Shown: positions 1 to 8,609 of the stretch, one piece after another
Numbering within the stretch: the first letter of the stretch is position 1
Layout: every line of letters starts with the position of its first letter
Source: Acidimicrobiia bacterium
Lineage (GTDB): Bacteria > Actinomycetota > Acidimicrobiia > Spongiisociales > Spongiisociaceae
Reading direction: 5' to 3'
NCBI GenBank assembly: GCA_009838635.1
Contig: VXRE01000016.1
Location: 1-55,426 of the forward strand
DNA length: 55,426 nucleotides
Notes under the pieces: model-generated
Told to the model about the DNA's origin: nothing
The model's database searches: none
The model's input: the letters and a program-made list of their open reading frames with translations, nothing else
Position numbers and translations under genes: made by a program

Positions 1-380
1 GGGGGCTCGGAGAGGTGAATAACAGACAGCACCAACTCCATGGTGTGGCCGGACGGGGTGGCGAACCGGATCGACTCGCCCTGCCCGATCTCCTCGCCCT
101 TCGAGATCCGTTCGACCCGGAAGCCGAACGACTCGACCCGGTGTTCGAGCTCGGCCAGATCCTCGTCGTCCTCTACCTTGAACGAGAACCGGTCGATACC
201 CACGCGGGGGTCGTAGCGGACCGCCAGGGAGTGATGGTCCTCCTCGTCCCAGCATTTGAAGAAGGCCCGGTCCGAGGTCCGCTCCACCTCGATCATCCCC
301 ATGACACCGGTGTAGTAGGCGGAGGCCAGATCGAGGTCGGGAACCGTGATGTCCACATGGCTCAACCGGAGAATGCCCAT
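1..380 (-). CDS. catechol 2,3-dioxygenase-type extradiol dioxygenase (N-terminal 126 codons; remainder lies beyond window start)
   Basis: Missing from the ORF track because it runs off the edge. The reverse complement from ATG at 380-378 reads MGILRLSHVDITVPDLDLASAYYTGVMGMIEVERTSDRAFFKCWDEEDHHSLAVRYDPRVGIDRFSFKVEDDEDLAELEHRVESFGFRVERISKGEEIGQGESIRFATPSGHTMEL. This is collinear by eye with the XylE-type N-terminal VOC domain. It lies divergent to a meta-cleavage operon. Confidence 0.75.
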   Translation of the reverse strand, partial: MGILRLSHVDITVPDLDLASAYYTGVMGMIEVERTSDRAFFKCWDEEDHHSLAVRYDPRVGIDRFSFKVEDDEDLAELEHRVESFGFRVERISKGEEIGQGESIRFATPSGHTMELVLSVIHLSEP

Positions 381-450
381 GTGCTATGCAGCCCCTGACG
401 ACGTCACGACCGTAACCTACGCCCGCAGTCCTCGATTCCGAAGCCTCGTT

Positions 451-464
451 CCGCATAGAAGAAC
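451..464 (+). promoter_or_regulatory. candidate operator, copy 1 of exact 14-mer CCGCATAGAAGAAC
   Basis: Lies in the divergent promoter region between the dioxygenase (start 380) and ORF 485. An identical 14-mer recurs at 2135-2148. It sits inside GTTC-N9-GAAC dyad symmetry (449-465). The 7-mer CCCGCAG also occurs upstream of both copies (422-428 and 2112-2118). Confidence 0.45.
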
Positions 465-484
465 AGGGGCTAGCATGGACGGCC

Positions 485-1153
485 ATGTCCAGACCCCGCC
501 CGGAAGACATCCGGGCCGCCATGGCCGATTACGTGGGCAACGTCCACGCTGCCTATGCCCGGATCGCATTCACCTTTCCGCCCGCCGTACAGGGAAGTCT
601 CGAGCTGCTGACCAACCCGTTCACGGTGGTGGCCGCCGGGGCGCGCAACCTGCACGTGGTCGCCACGGGGGACCGGCTCGCCGCACCGCGGGGCCCGGAG
701 GTATCGGCCGATTTCGAACAGGACGGCATGGCCTGGACGCTCCGGTTTCTGGATCCGGTCGTGCTTCCGGCTCTCGGGACCGCTGAGGCCGGAGACCGGC
801 CCGATCCCGGCGCGGTGAGGAGGGTGGTCGGGATAGGTAGGCACCACTACCACCTGGTGGTGCGCCCCGGGTCGGACCTCACGGCCCACCACGCGACGCA
901 TGCCGGCACCGGCCTGGCCAACGCCCATCTCGCCGCCGCCCGTGACTACGAGTCCATCCGCGCCCACGCCTCGGGCGATCCGGGGCTGGTCGACGAACTG
1001 GCGGCAGCCGACGCGGCCGGACTGACCCGGGCGCATGGGCTGGTGGCCCTCGCCCTGGTTCCGTGGAGCGAACCGGTGAAGGATTCGGTGGCCACCGGCG
1101 ACCGCACGAAAGTCCGTAGGGCCGTGCTGGCGGCACTGAGAGGATCCGGATGA
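485..1153 (+). CDS. hypothetical protein, translationally coupled to the IclR regulator
   Basis: 222-aa ORF with high GC3. Its stop overlaps the IclR start (ATGA at 1150-1153). I recognise no family motif. Confidence 0.55.
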   Translation: MSRPRPEDIRAAMADYVGNVHAAYARIAFTFPPAVQGSLELLTNPFTVVAAGARNLHVVATGDRLAAPRGPEVSADFEQDGMAWTLRFLDPVVLPALGTAEAGDRPDPGAVRRVVGIGRHHYHLVVRPGSDLTAHHATHAGTGLANAHLAAARDYESIRAHASGDPGLVDELAAADAAGLTRAHGLVALALVPWSEPVKDSVATGDRTKVRRAVLAALRGSG

Positions 1154-1911
1154 GCGGCCGCACCCTGTCCTCGGTCCGCAACGCCGCCCGGGCATTGAAG
1201 GAGTTCTCCGCGGAACGCCCCGAGATCGGCGTCTCGGAACTGTCCAGGCGCCTCGACCTCGGCAAGTCCACGGCGCACCGCCTGCTCACCACGCTCACCG
1301 AGGAGCACCTGCTGGTGAAGAACCCCGACACCGGTCGCTACCGGCTGGGCCTGGCCATGTACGACCTGGGCAACACCGCCGTCACGGGCCTCAACCTGCA
1401 CGCTGCGCTGGCCCCCCCAATGAACTGGCTGCAGGACGTGACCGGCGGAACCGTGCATGCCGGCGTGCTCGACCTCCGCGAGGTGATCTACATCGAGCGC
1501 CTCGACTCCCCTCACATGCTGCGCCTGTTCATAGAGGTGGGACGGCGCCAACCGGCCCACTCCACCAGCACCGGCAAATGCCTGCTCGCCCACCTCGACG
1601 ACACGACGCTCGACCGGATCCTGGATGGCTGGAAACTGGAGTCGAAGACCGTCCACACCATCACCGACATCGCCACGCTCCGCGGGCAACTGGCGGAGAT
1701 CCGTCGCCTCGGCTACGCCTGCAATCTCGAGGAGTCGGAGTTGGGGGTCATCTCGGTTTCGGCCCCGATCCGCGACCGGAGCCGTACCGTGGTCGCGGCC
1801 GTGTCGGTAGCCGGGCCTAAGTCACGTCTGGAGCCGGAGATGCTGGCCCTCACCCAGTCGGTCCTCGAAGCCGCCGCGGTCGTCTCACACCAGTTGGGCT
1901 ACCGCAGGTGA
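1150..1911 (+). CDS. IclR family transcriptional regulator
   Basis: The N-terminal winged HTH (VSELSRRLDLGKSTAHRLLTTLTEEHLL), the C-terminal effector-domain pattern and the ~250 aa length are typical of IclR. Confidence 0.9.
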   Translation: MSGRTLSSVRNAARALKEFSAERPEIGVSELSRRLDLGKSTAHRLLTTLTEEHLLVKNPDTGRYRLGLAMYDLGNTAVTGLNLHAALAPPMNWLQDVTGGTVHAGVLDLREVIYIERLDSPHMLRLFIEVGRRQPAHSTSTGKCLLAHLDDTTLDRILDGWKLESKTVHTITDIATLRGQLAEIRRLGYACNLEESELGVISVSAPIRDRSRTVVAAVSVAGPKSRLEPEMLALTQSVLEAAAVVSHQLGYRR

Positions 1912-2024
1912 CGGCCTCTCCGGACCTTGCGGCCGATGCTCACGGCGGATTCCATCCCTGCCGGGAATCCAAACTTGACTTGATATAGTGGTTATACCTC
2001 CCCTATCGCTTCGGAGGTAGGGTC

Positions 2025-2057
2025 GAGACCGCCCGGTTCGGGCGGTCTCTGTCTTTG
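2025..2057 (+). terminator. intrinsic-terminator-like hairpin downstream of the IclR gene
   Basis: Perfect 11-bp inverted repeat GAGACCGCCCG (2025-2035) / CGGGCGGTCTC (2039-2049), followed by TGTCTTTG. It is preceded by a second 7-bp hairpin, TACCTCC (1995-2001) / GGAGGTA (2013-2019). Confidence 0.5.
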
Positions 2058-2134
2058 CGAGGTGCACCCTGTTGATCACCAACCTATACGTAGAAGGCTG
2101 TGGGCGGCCGACCCGCAGCCACCAACCGACCGTA

Positions 2135-2148
2135 CCGCATAGAAGAAC
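2135..2148 (+). promoter_or_regulatory. candidate operator, copy 2 of exact 14-mer CCGCATAGAAGAAC
   Basis: Lies 70 nt upstream of the meta-pathway operon start (2218). It is flanked by direct CCGTACC repeats (2131-2137 and 2154-2160), with the reverse complement GGTACGG at 2176-2182. Confidence 0.45.
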
Positions 2149-2217
2149 GTTGGTCCGTACCTGCCCGACGGCTTGGGTACGGTAGAGGCGTCAGGCCAGG
2201 GCAAGGACCGCAACTCA

Positions 2218-2985
2218 ATGAACACCGCTCAGCAGAGAGCCGAGGCGCTCTACGCGGCCCGCAGGAACCGGGTTCCGATCGAGCCCTTGACGGATGCCGA
2301 CCCCGGGATGACGGCCGATGACGCCTATGCCGCGCAGACCCATTTCGCTTCCAGGCTTCTGGCCGACGGCGACTCGATATCCGGCTACAAGCTCGGCCTG
2401 ACCTCCAAGGCGATGCAACAGATGATGGGCATCTCCGATCCGGACTTCGGGCCGGTCCTCCATTCCATGGTCCATGACGGGGACTTGGACGCCTCCGCCT
2501 TCATCCAGCCCAAGGTGGAGGCCGAGATCGCCCTGGTCCTGGACCGGCCTCTCAGGGGTCCCGGAGTGACAACCCTCGCGGCGGCCCGGGCCGTGGGGGG
2601 AGCGGTGGCCGCCATCGAGGTGGTGGACTCCCGGATCGTCGACTGGCGGATAAAGCTGGCCGACACCATCAGCGACCTGGCCTCCATCGGGGGCGTGGTG
2701 ATGAGCAGCCGGATCGTGCCCCTCGACTTCGACCTGCGCCTGGTGGGCATGACCTTCTCGCTCAACGGTTCGGTGGTGGCTACCGGCGCCGGCGCGGCGG
2801 CACTCGGCAACCCGCTGACCGCGCTGGCATGGCTGGCCAACACCCTCGCCCGCCACGATGTGACCCTGGAGGAGGGGATGTTCGTCATGACCGGTTCGCT
2901 GCACGCCGCGGTCGACGTGGGAGCCGGGGACGCGGTGCGGGCCGACTTCGACCGTCTGGGCCCGGTCGCTCTCAGGATGGCCTGA
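2218..2985 (+). CDS. 2-oxopent-4-enoate hydratase / 4-oxalocrotonate decarboxylase family protein (paralog 1 of 3)
   Basis: Contains [26 protein letters not shown] and the C-terminal pattern of the MhpD/XylJ/XylI fold. The internal ATG at 2218 is preferred over the track start at 2173. Confidence 0.85.
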   Translation: MNTAQQRAEALYAARRNRVPIEPLTDADPGMTADDAYAAQTHFASRLLADGDSISGYKLGLTSKAMQQMMGISDPDFGPVLHSMVHDGDLDASAFIQPKVEAEIALVLDRPLRGPGVTTLAAARAVGGAVAAIEVVDSRIVDWRIKLADTISDLASIGGVVMSSRIVPLDFDLRLVGMTFSLNGSVVATGAGAAALGNPLTALAWLANTLARHDVTLEEGMFVMTGSLHAAVDVGAGDAVRADFDRLGPVALRMA

Positions 2986-2995
2986 CTTGAGCCGG

Positions 2996-3883
2996 ATGCG
3001 TTGCGCCATCGTCGGCAGCGGGAACATCGGCACCGACCTGCTCTACAAGCTCCAGCGTTCCGATGCCCTCGAGGCCGCTGCGATGGTCGGCATCGATCCC
3101 GACTCGGAAGGGTTGGCCAGGGCCGCGGCTGAAGGAGTCGAGGCCACCTCGGAGGGGCCTGGCTGGCTGCTCGGACACGCCAACCGCTTCGACCTGGTGT
3201 TCGAGGCCACCTCCGCCTGGGTGCATCGTGCGAACGCCCCCCGCTACCGGGAGGCAGGGCTCACGGCGATCGACCTGACCCCGGCCAAGCTGGGACCCCT
3301 CGTGGTCCCCCCGGTCAACCTCGACGCCCATCTCGACGCCCCCAACCTCAACCTCATCACCTGCGGCGGGCAGGCCACCGTCCCGATCGTGGCGGCGGTG
3401 GCAGCCGTCGTGCCCGTGCCCTACGCGGAGATCGTCTCCACGGTCTCGTCGGTGTCGGCAGGACCGGGCACCCGGCAGAACATCGACGAGTTCACCAAGA
3501 CCACCTCCGCCTCGCTGGTCGAGGTGGGTGGGGCCGACCACGGCAAGGCCATCATGATCCTCAATCCGGCCGAGCCTCCCATCCTGATGCGCAACACCGT
3601 CTTCTGCGCCCTGGGTGACGGGTACGACCGGGACGAGGTGGCCGACTCGATCACCGAGATGGTCCGCATCGTGGCATCTTACGTCCCCGGGTACCGGCTC
3701 AAGGCGGAGCCGGTGTTCGACGAGGACCTGTTCCGTACTCCCGGAGGGGATGTGAAGGCCCGTGTGGTGGTGCTTCTCGAAGTGGAGGGCGCAGCCGACT
3801 ACCTGCCCCCCTACGCGGGCAACCTCGACATCATGACCGCCTCGGCAGTGCGGGTGGCCGAGGCCGTGGCGGCCGCCCGATGA
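2996..3883 (+). CDS. acetaldehyde dehydrogenase (acetylating), DmpF/MhpF type
   Basis: [19 protein letters not shown] Rossmann N-terminus, [12 protein letters not shown] active-site Cys region and ~295 aa length. It sits immediately upstream of the aldolase partner. Confidence 0.9.
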   Translation: MRCAIVGSGNIGTDLLYKLQRSDALEAAAMVGIDPDSEGLARAAAEGVEATSEGPGWLLGHANRFDLVFEATSAWVHRANAPRYREAGLTAIDLTPAKLGPLVVPPVNLDAHLDAPNLNLITCGGQATVPIVAAVAAVVPVPYAEIVSTVSSVSAGPGTRQNIDEFTKTTSASLVEVGGADHGKAIMILNPAEPPILMRNTVFCALGDGYDRDEVADSITEMVRIVASYVPGYRLKAEPVFDEDLFRTPGGDVKARVVVLLEVEGAADYLPPYAGNLDIMTASAVRVAEAVAAAR

Positions 3884-4908
3884 CCGCCGCCTTCCGCCTC
3901 ACCGACTCCACCCTGCGCGACGGCTCGCACGCGGTGGCCCACCAGCTCACCGAGGATCAGGTCCGGCGGGTGGTGGCCGGCCTGGACGCGGCCGGGGTGC
4001 CCGTTATCGAGGTCACCCACGGCGACGGCCTGGGCGGTTCCTCCTTCAACTACGGGTTCTCCCACACCAACGAGATGAACCTGATCAGGACGGCCGTCGA
4101 GGCGGCGGTCGATTCCAAGATCGCGGTGCTGATGCTCCCGGGGATCGGGGTGAAGGACGACCTGCGTCGGGTCGCGGGGATGGGCGTCCGGGTTGCCCGC
4201 GTCGCCACCCATTGCACCGAGGCCGACATCTCCGAGCAGCACATCGCTCTGGCCAAGGAGCTGGGCATGGAGGCGGTGGGGTTTCTGATGATGTCCCACA
4301 TGATCGAACCGGAGGCGCTGCTCCACCAGGCGCGGCTCATGGAGTCGTACGGGGCGGACGTGGTCTACACGGTCGACTCGGCCGGGGCGATGACCATCGA
4401 CGACGCCCGCCGCCGGGTGGCCGCCCTCAAGGACGGCCTGTCATGCCAGGTGGGAATCCACGCCCACAACAACCTGTCCCTGGCAGTCGCCAACTCGCTG
4501 GCCGCCCTCGAGGAAGGGGTGGACCAGATCGACGGGTGCATGACCGGTCTGGGCGCCGGGGCCGGGAACTGCCCCACGGAGATCCTGGTGGCGGCCTGCG
4601 AGAAGACCGGCTGGGAGACCGGCATCGATCCGATCTCCCTCATCGAGGTGGCCGACCGGGCGGTGCGGCCCATCCGTCCCGAGCAGGGAGTCATCGACGG
4701 TGACGGGCTGCTGCTGGGCTACGCAGGCGTCTACGGGTCGTTCCTGCTCCACGCCAAGCGGGCCGCCGAGAGGTACGGGGTGCCCACGAGGGACATCCTG
4801 CTGGAGCTGGGGGAGCGGAGAGTGGTGGGAGGCCAGGAGGACATGATCATCGACGTGGCGATGGAGCTGCAGCGCCGGGCTGCGGCTGTGCAGCCCGCCG
4901 TAGCGTGA
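3880..4908 (+). CDS. dmpG: 4-hydroxy-2-oxovalerate aldolase
   Basis: [13 protein letters not shown] motif, [16 protein letters not shown] motif and ~340 aa length. There is a 4-nt overlap with the preceding dehydrogenase. Confidence 0.9.
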   Translation: MTAAFRLTDSTLRDGSHAVAHQLTEDQVRRVVAGLDAAGVPVIEVTHGDGLGGSSFNYGFSHTNEMNLIRTAVEAAVDSKIAVLMLPGIGVKDDLRRVAGMGVRVARVATHCTEADISEQHIALAKELGMEAVGFLMMSHMIEPEALLHQARLMESYGADVVYTVDSAGAMTIDDARRRVAALKDGLSCQVGIHAHNNLSLAVANSLAALEEGVDQIDGCMTGLGAGAGNCPTEILVAACEKTGWETGIDPISLIEVADRAVRPIRPEQGVIDGDGLLLGYAGVYGSFLLHAKRAAERYGVPTRDILLELGERRVVGGQEDMIIDVAMELQRRAAAVQPAVA

Positions 4909-5708
4909 GAGGAGTGGCCATGGGTGAGCAACAATCTCCGGGCGATCTGGTGGAAGGGTTCGCGGCCCGGCTGGCGGAGGCGGTAGAGAGCCGGACCGCC
5001 ATCAGTTCCCTGACCGGCGAGCGCGAGTTCACCGTCGACGCCGCCTACGACATCCAGGACGCGGCGCTGGCCCGCGCCGTAGCCGGTGGCGAGACCATCG
5101 TCGCCGCCAAGCTTGGGTTGACCAGCCGGGCCAAGCAGGAGCAGATGGGGGTGTCGGAAGCCCTGTACGGGTGGTTGACCGACCGGCACCGCCTGGACCC
5201 CGGACAAGCCCTGGACAGCGGCCGGCTCATCCAGCCCCGCGCCGAGCCGGAGATCGCCCTAATCACCTCGCGCGACCTCGAAGGACCGGTGGGGCTCCAC
5301 GACGTCCTCGCCGCCACCGCGGCCGTGGCGCCGGCGCTCGACATTCTCGACTCCCGCTTCGCCGGCTACTCGTTCACCCTGGCCGACGTGGTGGCCGACA
5401 ACTGCAGCGCCGGCGCCTTCCTGGTGGGGAACCCCGTACCCCTCGGGAGCATCGACCTGTCATTGGTGGGATGCGTGTTCGAGAAGAAAGGCGAGCTGGT
5501 GGGGACCGCCGCCGGAGCCGCCGTGCTGGGGCATCCGGCCGCGGCGGTCGCCTGGTTCGTGCGGAAGCTGGCCGAGCGGGGCAAGGGTCTGCCCGCCGGT
5601 TCCCTGGTCCTGCCCGGAGCGTTGACCGGCGCGGTCCCGATCGGCCCCGGGGACTCGGTGGTCGCATCCTTCGACCGGATCGGCTCGGTCGGGCTGTCCG
5701 TGGCATGA
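4905..5708 (+). CDS. 2-oxopent-4-enoate hydratase / 4-oxalocrotonate decarboxylase family protein (paralog 2 of 3)
   Basis: Contains [28 protein letters not shown]. The GTGA overlap with the aldolase stop supports coupling. An alternative ATG lies at 4920. Confidence 0.8.
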   Translation: MRGVAMGEQQSPGDLVEGFAARLAEAVESRTAISSLTGEREFTVDAAYDIQDAALARAVAGGETIVAAKLGLTSRAKQEQMGVSEALYGWLTDRHRLDPGQALDSGRLIQPRAEPEIALITSRDLEGPVGLHDVLAATAAVAPALDILDSRFAGYSFTLADVVADNCSAGAFLVGNPVPLGSIDLSLVGCVFEKKGELVGTAAGAAVLGHPAAAVAWFVRKLAERGKGLPAGSLVLPGALTGAVPIGPGDSVVASFDRIGSVGLSVA

Positions 5709-6508
5709 GGAGTGCCGCGCCGCCGCCTCTCGACCAGGAGACCATCTCGGAACTGGCCGGCCGCCTCGACGAGGCACGCCGGTCCCGGGCACCCACCACC
5801 CGGCTGACCGACGATCATCCCGGACTCACCGAAGCCGATGCCTACGCCGTCGCCGACCACGGGGTCGCCCTGCGCTTGGCCGCTGGCGAGCGGGTGGTGG
5901 GCGCCAAGCTCGGGTTCACCTCGGCAGCCATGCGGCAGGCCATGGGCGTCGACTCGCCCAACTACGGATGGCTCACCGACTCGATGATCGTCTCGGACGG
6001 GCAGGTGTCGCTGGGCGAGTTGATCCACCCCAAGGCCGAACCGGAGATCGCCTTCGTGCTCGGCGAGGACCTGGAGGGCGCCGCGGTGTCGGCCCAGGAC
6101 GTCCTGTCCGCCACCGCCTACGTGATGCCGGTCATCGAGGTGGTCGACTCCAGGTTCGCCGGCTTCCGGTTCCGGGAACTCGACAACACCTCCGACAACT
6201 CGTCCGCCGGGATGGTGGTGCTGGGCAGGCGGGCTACTAGGCCGGCTTTCGACCTGTCCAGGGTGGGAGTAGTGGTCACGGTGAACGGGGAGCTGTTCCA
6301 GACGTCGTCCGGCGCGGCCGCTCTCGGCCATCCGGCGGCCAGCGTCGCCTGGCTGGTGCGGCGGTTGGCCCGGTCGGGTCGAGGGTTGGAGGCCGGCCAT
6401 CTGATCATCTCCGGCGGCCTCACGGGTCCGGTCGACCTCCTACCCGGCACGACCGTCTTCGTCGAGATAGATCGCCTGGGCAGTGCTTCGATGCGGGTCC
6501 ATGAGTAG
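5705..6508 (+). CDS. 2-oxopent-4-enoate hydratase / 4-oxalocrotonate decarboxylase family protein (paralog 3 of 3)
   Basis: The C-terminal 268 codons of track ORF 5171..6508 read MRSAAPP...VGAKLGFTSAAMRQAMGVDSPNYGWLTD. The ATG at 5705 forms an ATGA overlap with the stop of paralog 2. The upstream part of the track ORF is Arg/Pro/Gly-rich out-of-frame read-through over paralog 2. Confidence 0.8.
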   Translation: MRSAAPPPLDQETISELAGRLDEARRSRAPTTRLTDDHPGLTEADAYAVADHGVALRLAAGERVVGAKLGFTSAAMRQAMGVDSPNYGWLTDSMIVSDGQVSLGELIHPKAEPEIAFVLGEDLEGAAVSAQDVLSATAYVMPVIEVVDSRFAGFRFRELDNTSDNSSAGMVVLGRRATRPAFDLSRVGVVVTVNGELFQTSSGAAALGHPAASVAWLVRRLARSGRGLEAGHLIISGGLTGPVDLLPGTTVFVEIDRLGSASMRVHE

Positions 6509-6536
6509 TCAGCGGTAACAGCAGAGAGGAGTCGTC

Positions 6537-6767
6537 ATGCCGATAGTCACCGTCAACCTGATGGAAGGGCGCTCGCCGGAGCAGATCGAGAACATGATCG
6601 CCGAAGTCTCCGACGCCCTGGTAAGGAGCCTCGACGCTCCCATCGAGACCGTCCGGATCATGGTCAACGAGATGGCGCCGCACGGCTTCGGCATCGCCGG
6701 GCGACCCGCCCGGGTGGTGATGGCCGAACGGGAGGCGGCAGCCGCGCAGAGAGAGGGAAACGCATGA
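6537..6767 (+). CDS. 4-oxalocrotonate tautomerase family protein
   Basis: Starts MPIVTVNLMEGRS, giving the catalytic Pro-1 after Met removal. Its 76 aa includes a short C-terminal tail. The pathway context fits. Confidence 0.85.
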   Translation: MPIVTVNLMEGRSPEQIENMIAEVSDALVRSLDAPIETVRIMVNEMAPHGFGIAGRPARVVMAEREAAAAQREGNA

Positions 6768-8215
6768 TCACGCTGCGGAACTTCATCGGGGGCCGGTTCG
6801 AGGACCCGTCCTCCGGCGAGACGTTCGAGTCGGTGAGCCCCATCGACAACGCCCCGATCGCCACCGTGGCCAGGGGGAACGCCGAGGACGTGGACCGGGC
6901 GGTCGGAGCGGCCCGGGCCGCGCTGCCGGCTTGGGCATCGATGGACCCCGCCGAGCGCCGCCAGGCCCTGTACCGGGTGGCAGAGGGGATCGAGGCCCGC
7001 CTCGACGAGCTGGCCGAGTGGGAAGTCCGGGACATGGGCAAGCCGATCTCGGCCGCCCGCTCCAAGGACATTCCCCGCTCCGCCCACAACTTCCGCTTCT
7101 TCGCCGACGCCGCCGAGCATGCCCACACCAAGGCCTTCTCCAAGCCCTGGGACGGGGTCCTCACCTACGAGCTGCGGGAGCCGCTGGGTGTGGTGGGCGC
7201 CATTTCTCCCTGGAACTTCCCCCTGATGCTGCTCACCTGGAAGGTGGCGCCGGCCCTCGCCTACGGCTGCACGGTGGTGGCCAAGCCGGCCGAGCAGTCC
7301 CCGGTGACCGCCACCCTGCTGGCGGAGATCTGCCGGGACGCCGGCCTGCCCGACGGGGTGTTCAACCTGGTCCACGGCTTCGGGCCGGACGAGGCCGGCG
7401 AGGCCCTGGTCAGGCATCCCGATGTGGACGGGATCACCTTCACCGGGGAGTCGGCCACCGGCAAGGCCATCATGGCGGCCGCGGCGCCGAGCCTGAAGAA
7501 GCTTTCGTTCGAGTTGGGCGGCAACTCGCCCAACATCGTCTGCGCCGATGCCGACCTGGACAAGGCCGTGGCCGGATCGCTCCGGGGCATCTTCACTAAC
7601 CAGGGTGAGGTGTGCCTGGCCGGAGCCCGCCTGCTCGTCCAGCGTCCCGTGTACGACGAGTTCGTGGCCCGGATGGTGGACGGCGCCGAGCGGTACGTGG
7701 TGGGCAACCCGCTCGATCCCGCCACCGGCATGGGCCCGCTGGTCACCCGGGAGCACATGGAGAAGGTGCTGTCCTACATCGACCTGGCCACCGACGAAGG
7801 GGCCAAGCTGATGACCGGCGGCCACCGGATTACCGACGGCGCCCTGGCGAGCGGGAACTATGTGGCGCCGACCATCTTCGCCGATGCCGACAACCACATG
7901 CGGTCCTGCCAGGACGAGATCTTCGGACCGGTCGAGATGATCATCCCCTTCGACGAGGTCGACGAGGCGATCGAGATGGCCAACGACACCCGCTACGGGC
8001 TGGCGGCGATGGTGTGGACCACCAACGTCAACACCGCCCACAAGGTCTCCCGAGAGGTGCGGGCCGGCACGATGTGGGTGAACTGTTTCTTCGTGCGCGA
8101 CCTACGGGCGCCCTTCGGCGGCTACGGGGACTCCGGCGTCGGCCGGGAGGGGGGCGAGTACAGCTACGAGTTCTTCAGCGAATCCAAGGCTGTGGTGATG
8201 AAGCTGGACGGATAG
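6764..8215 (+). CDS. NAD-dependent aldehyde dehydrogenase, probable 2-hydroxymuconic semialdehyde dehydrogenase
   Basis: ALDH motifs are present: WNFPL, FTGESATGK, ELGGNSP and EEIFGPV-like DEIFGPV. There is an ATGA overlap with the tautomerase. The specific function is inferred from operon context. Confidence 0.85.
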   Translation: MITLRNFIGGRFEDPSSGETFESVSPIDNAPIATVARGNAEDVDRAVGAARAALPAWASMDPAERRQALYRVAEGIEARLDELAEWEVRDMGKPISAARSKDIPRSAHNFRFFADAAEHAHTKAFSKPWDGVLTYELREPLGVVGAISPWNFPLMLLTWKVAPALAYGCTVVAKPAEQSPVTATLLAEICRDAGLPDGVFNLVHGFGPDEAGEALVRHPDVDGITFTGESATGKAIMAAAAPSLKKLSFELGGNSPNIVCADADLDKAVAGSLRGIFTNQGEVCLAGARLLVQRPVYDEFVARMVDGAERYVVGNPLDPATGMGPLVTREHMEKVLSYIDLATDEGAKLMTGGHRITDGALASGNYVAPTIFADADNHMRSCQDEIFGPVEMIIPFDEVDEAIEMANDTRYGLAAMVWTTNVNTAHKVSREVRAGTMWVNCFFVRDLRAPFGGYGDSGVGREGGEYSYEFFSESKAVVMKLDG

Positions 8216-8237
8216 GGCGTGTCCGTCACGGGCGACC

Positions 8238-8609
8238 ATGCTCACGGTTAGCGCCGGCCCTGTCGAGGACCTGCCCACCAACAGTTGTGTCGAGATCGAC
8301 GACGGGCGGGCGGTAGTGGTCCGGGTCGGCGACCGGGCCTACGCCTACCGGAACGAGTGCCTGCACCAGGCGTCTCGGCTGGCGGGCGGGCTCGTCAAGG
8401 ACGGGGTCATCACCTGTCCCCTCCACTTCTGGCGCTACGAGGCGGACACGGGCGCCAAGTGCGGGGAGCCGGAGCTCCGGCTCGACTCCTACCCGGTCAG
8501 GATCGAGTCGGGCACGGTCCTCGTAGATCTACCCGAGCCCGAGCCGCCCCGGTCCATGCGAGAGGTGATGCTGGAGCACGCCCGGGAGTGGGACCGCGGG
8601 GATGGCTGA
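8238..8609 (+). CDS. small Rieske [2Fe-2S] domain protein (NirD-like size)
   Basis: Carries the Rieske C-x-H-x16-C-x-x-H motif as CLHQASRLAGGLVKDGVITCPLH. Length is 123 aa. Confidence 0.8.
   Translation: MLTVSAGPVEDLPTNSCVEIDDGRAVVVRVGDRAYAYRNECLHQASRLAGGLVKDGVITCPLHFWRYEADTGAKCGEPELRLDSYPVRIESGTVLVDLPEPEPPRSMREVMLEHAREWDRGDG

Noticed and set aside
5171-5704. Upstream 178 codons of track ORF 5171..6508.
   Set aside because: This part is an alternative frame over hydratase paralog 2 with low-complexity Arg/Pro/Gly content. The family signature starts after the internal ATG at 5705.
6509-8041. Very long antisense or alternative-frame ORFs. Examples: 6509..8041(-) 510 aa, 10555..12192(-) 545 aa, 21082..22791(-) 569 aa, 41217..42827(+) 536 aa, 45127..46431(-) 434 aa, 54134..55414(+) 426 aa and 5366..6400(-) 344 aa.
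   Set aside because: Each lies opposite to, or out of frame with, a gene that has clear family motifs. Their translations are Arg/Gly/Pro/His-rich low-complexity sequence, typical of stop-poor non-coding frames in ~70% GC DNA.
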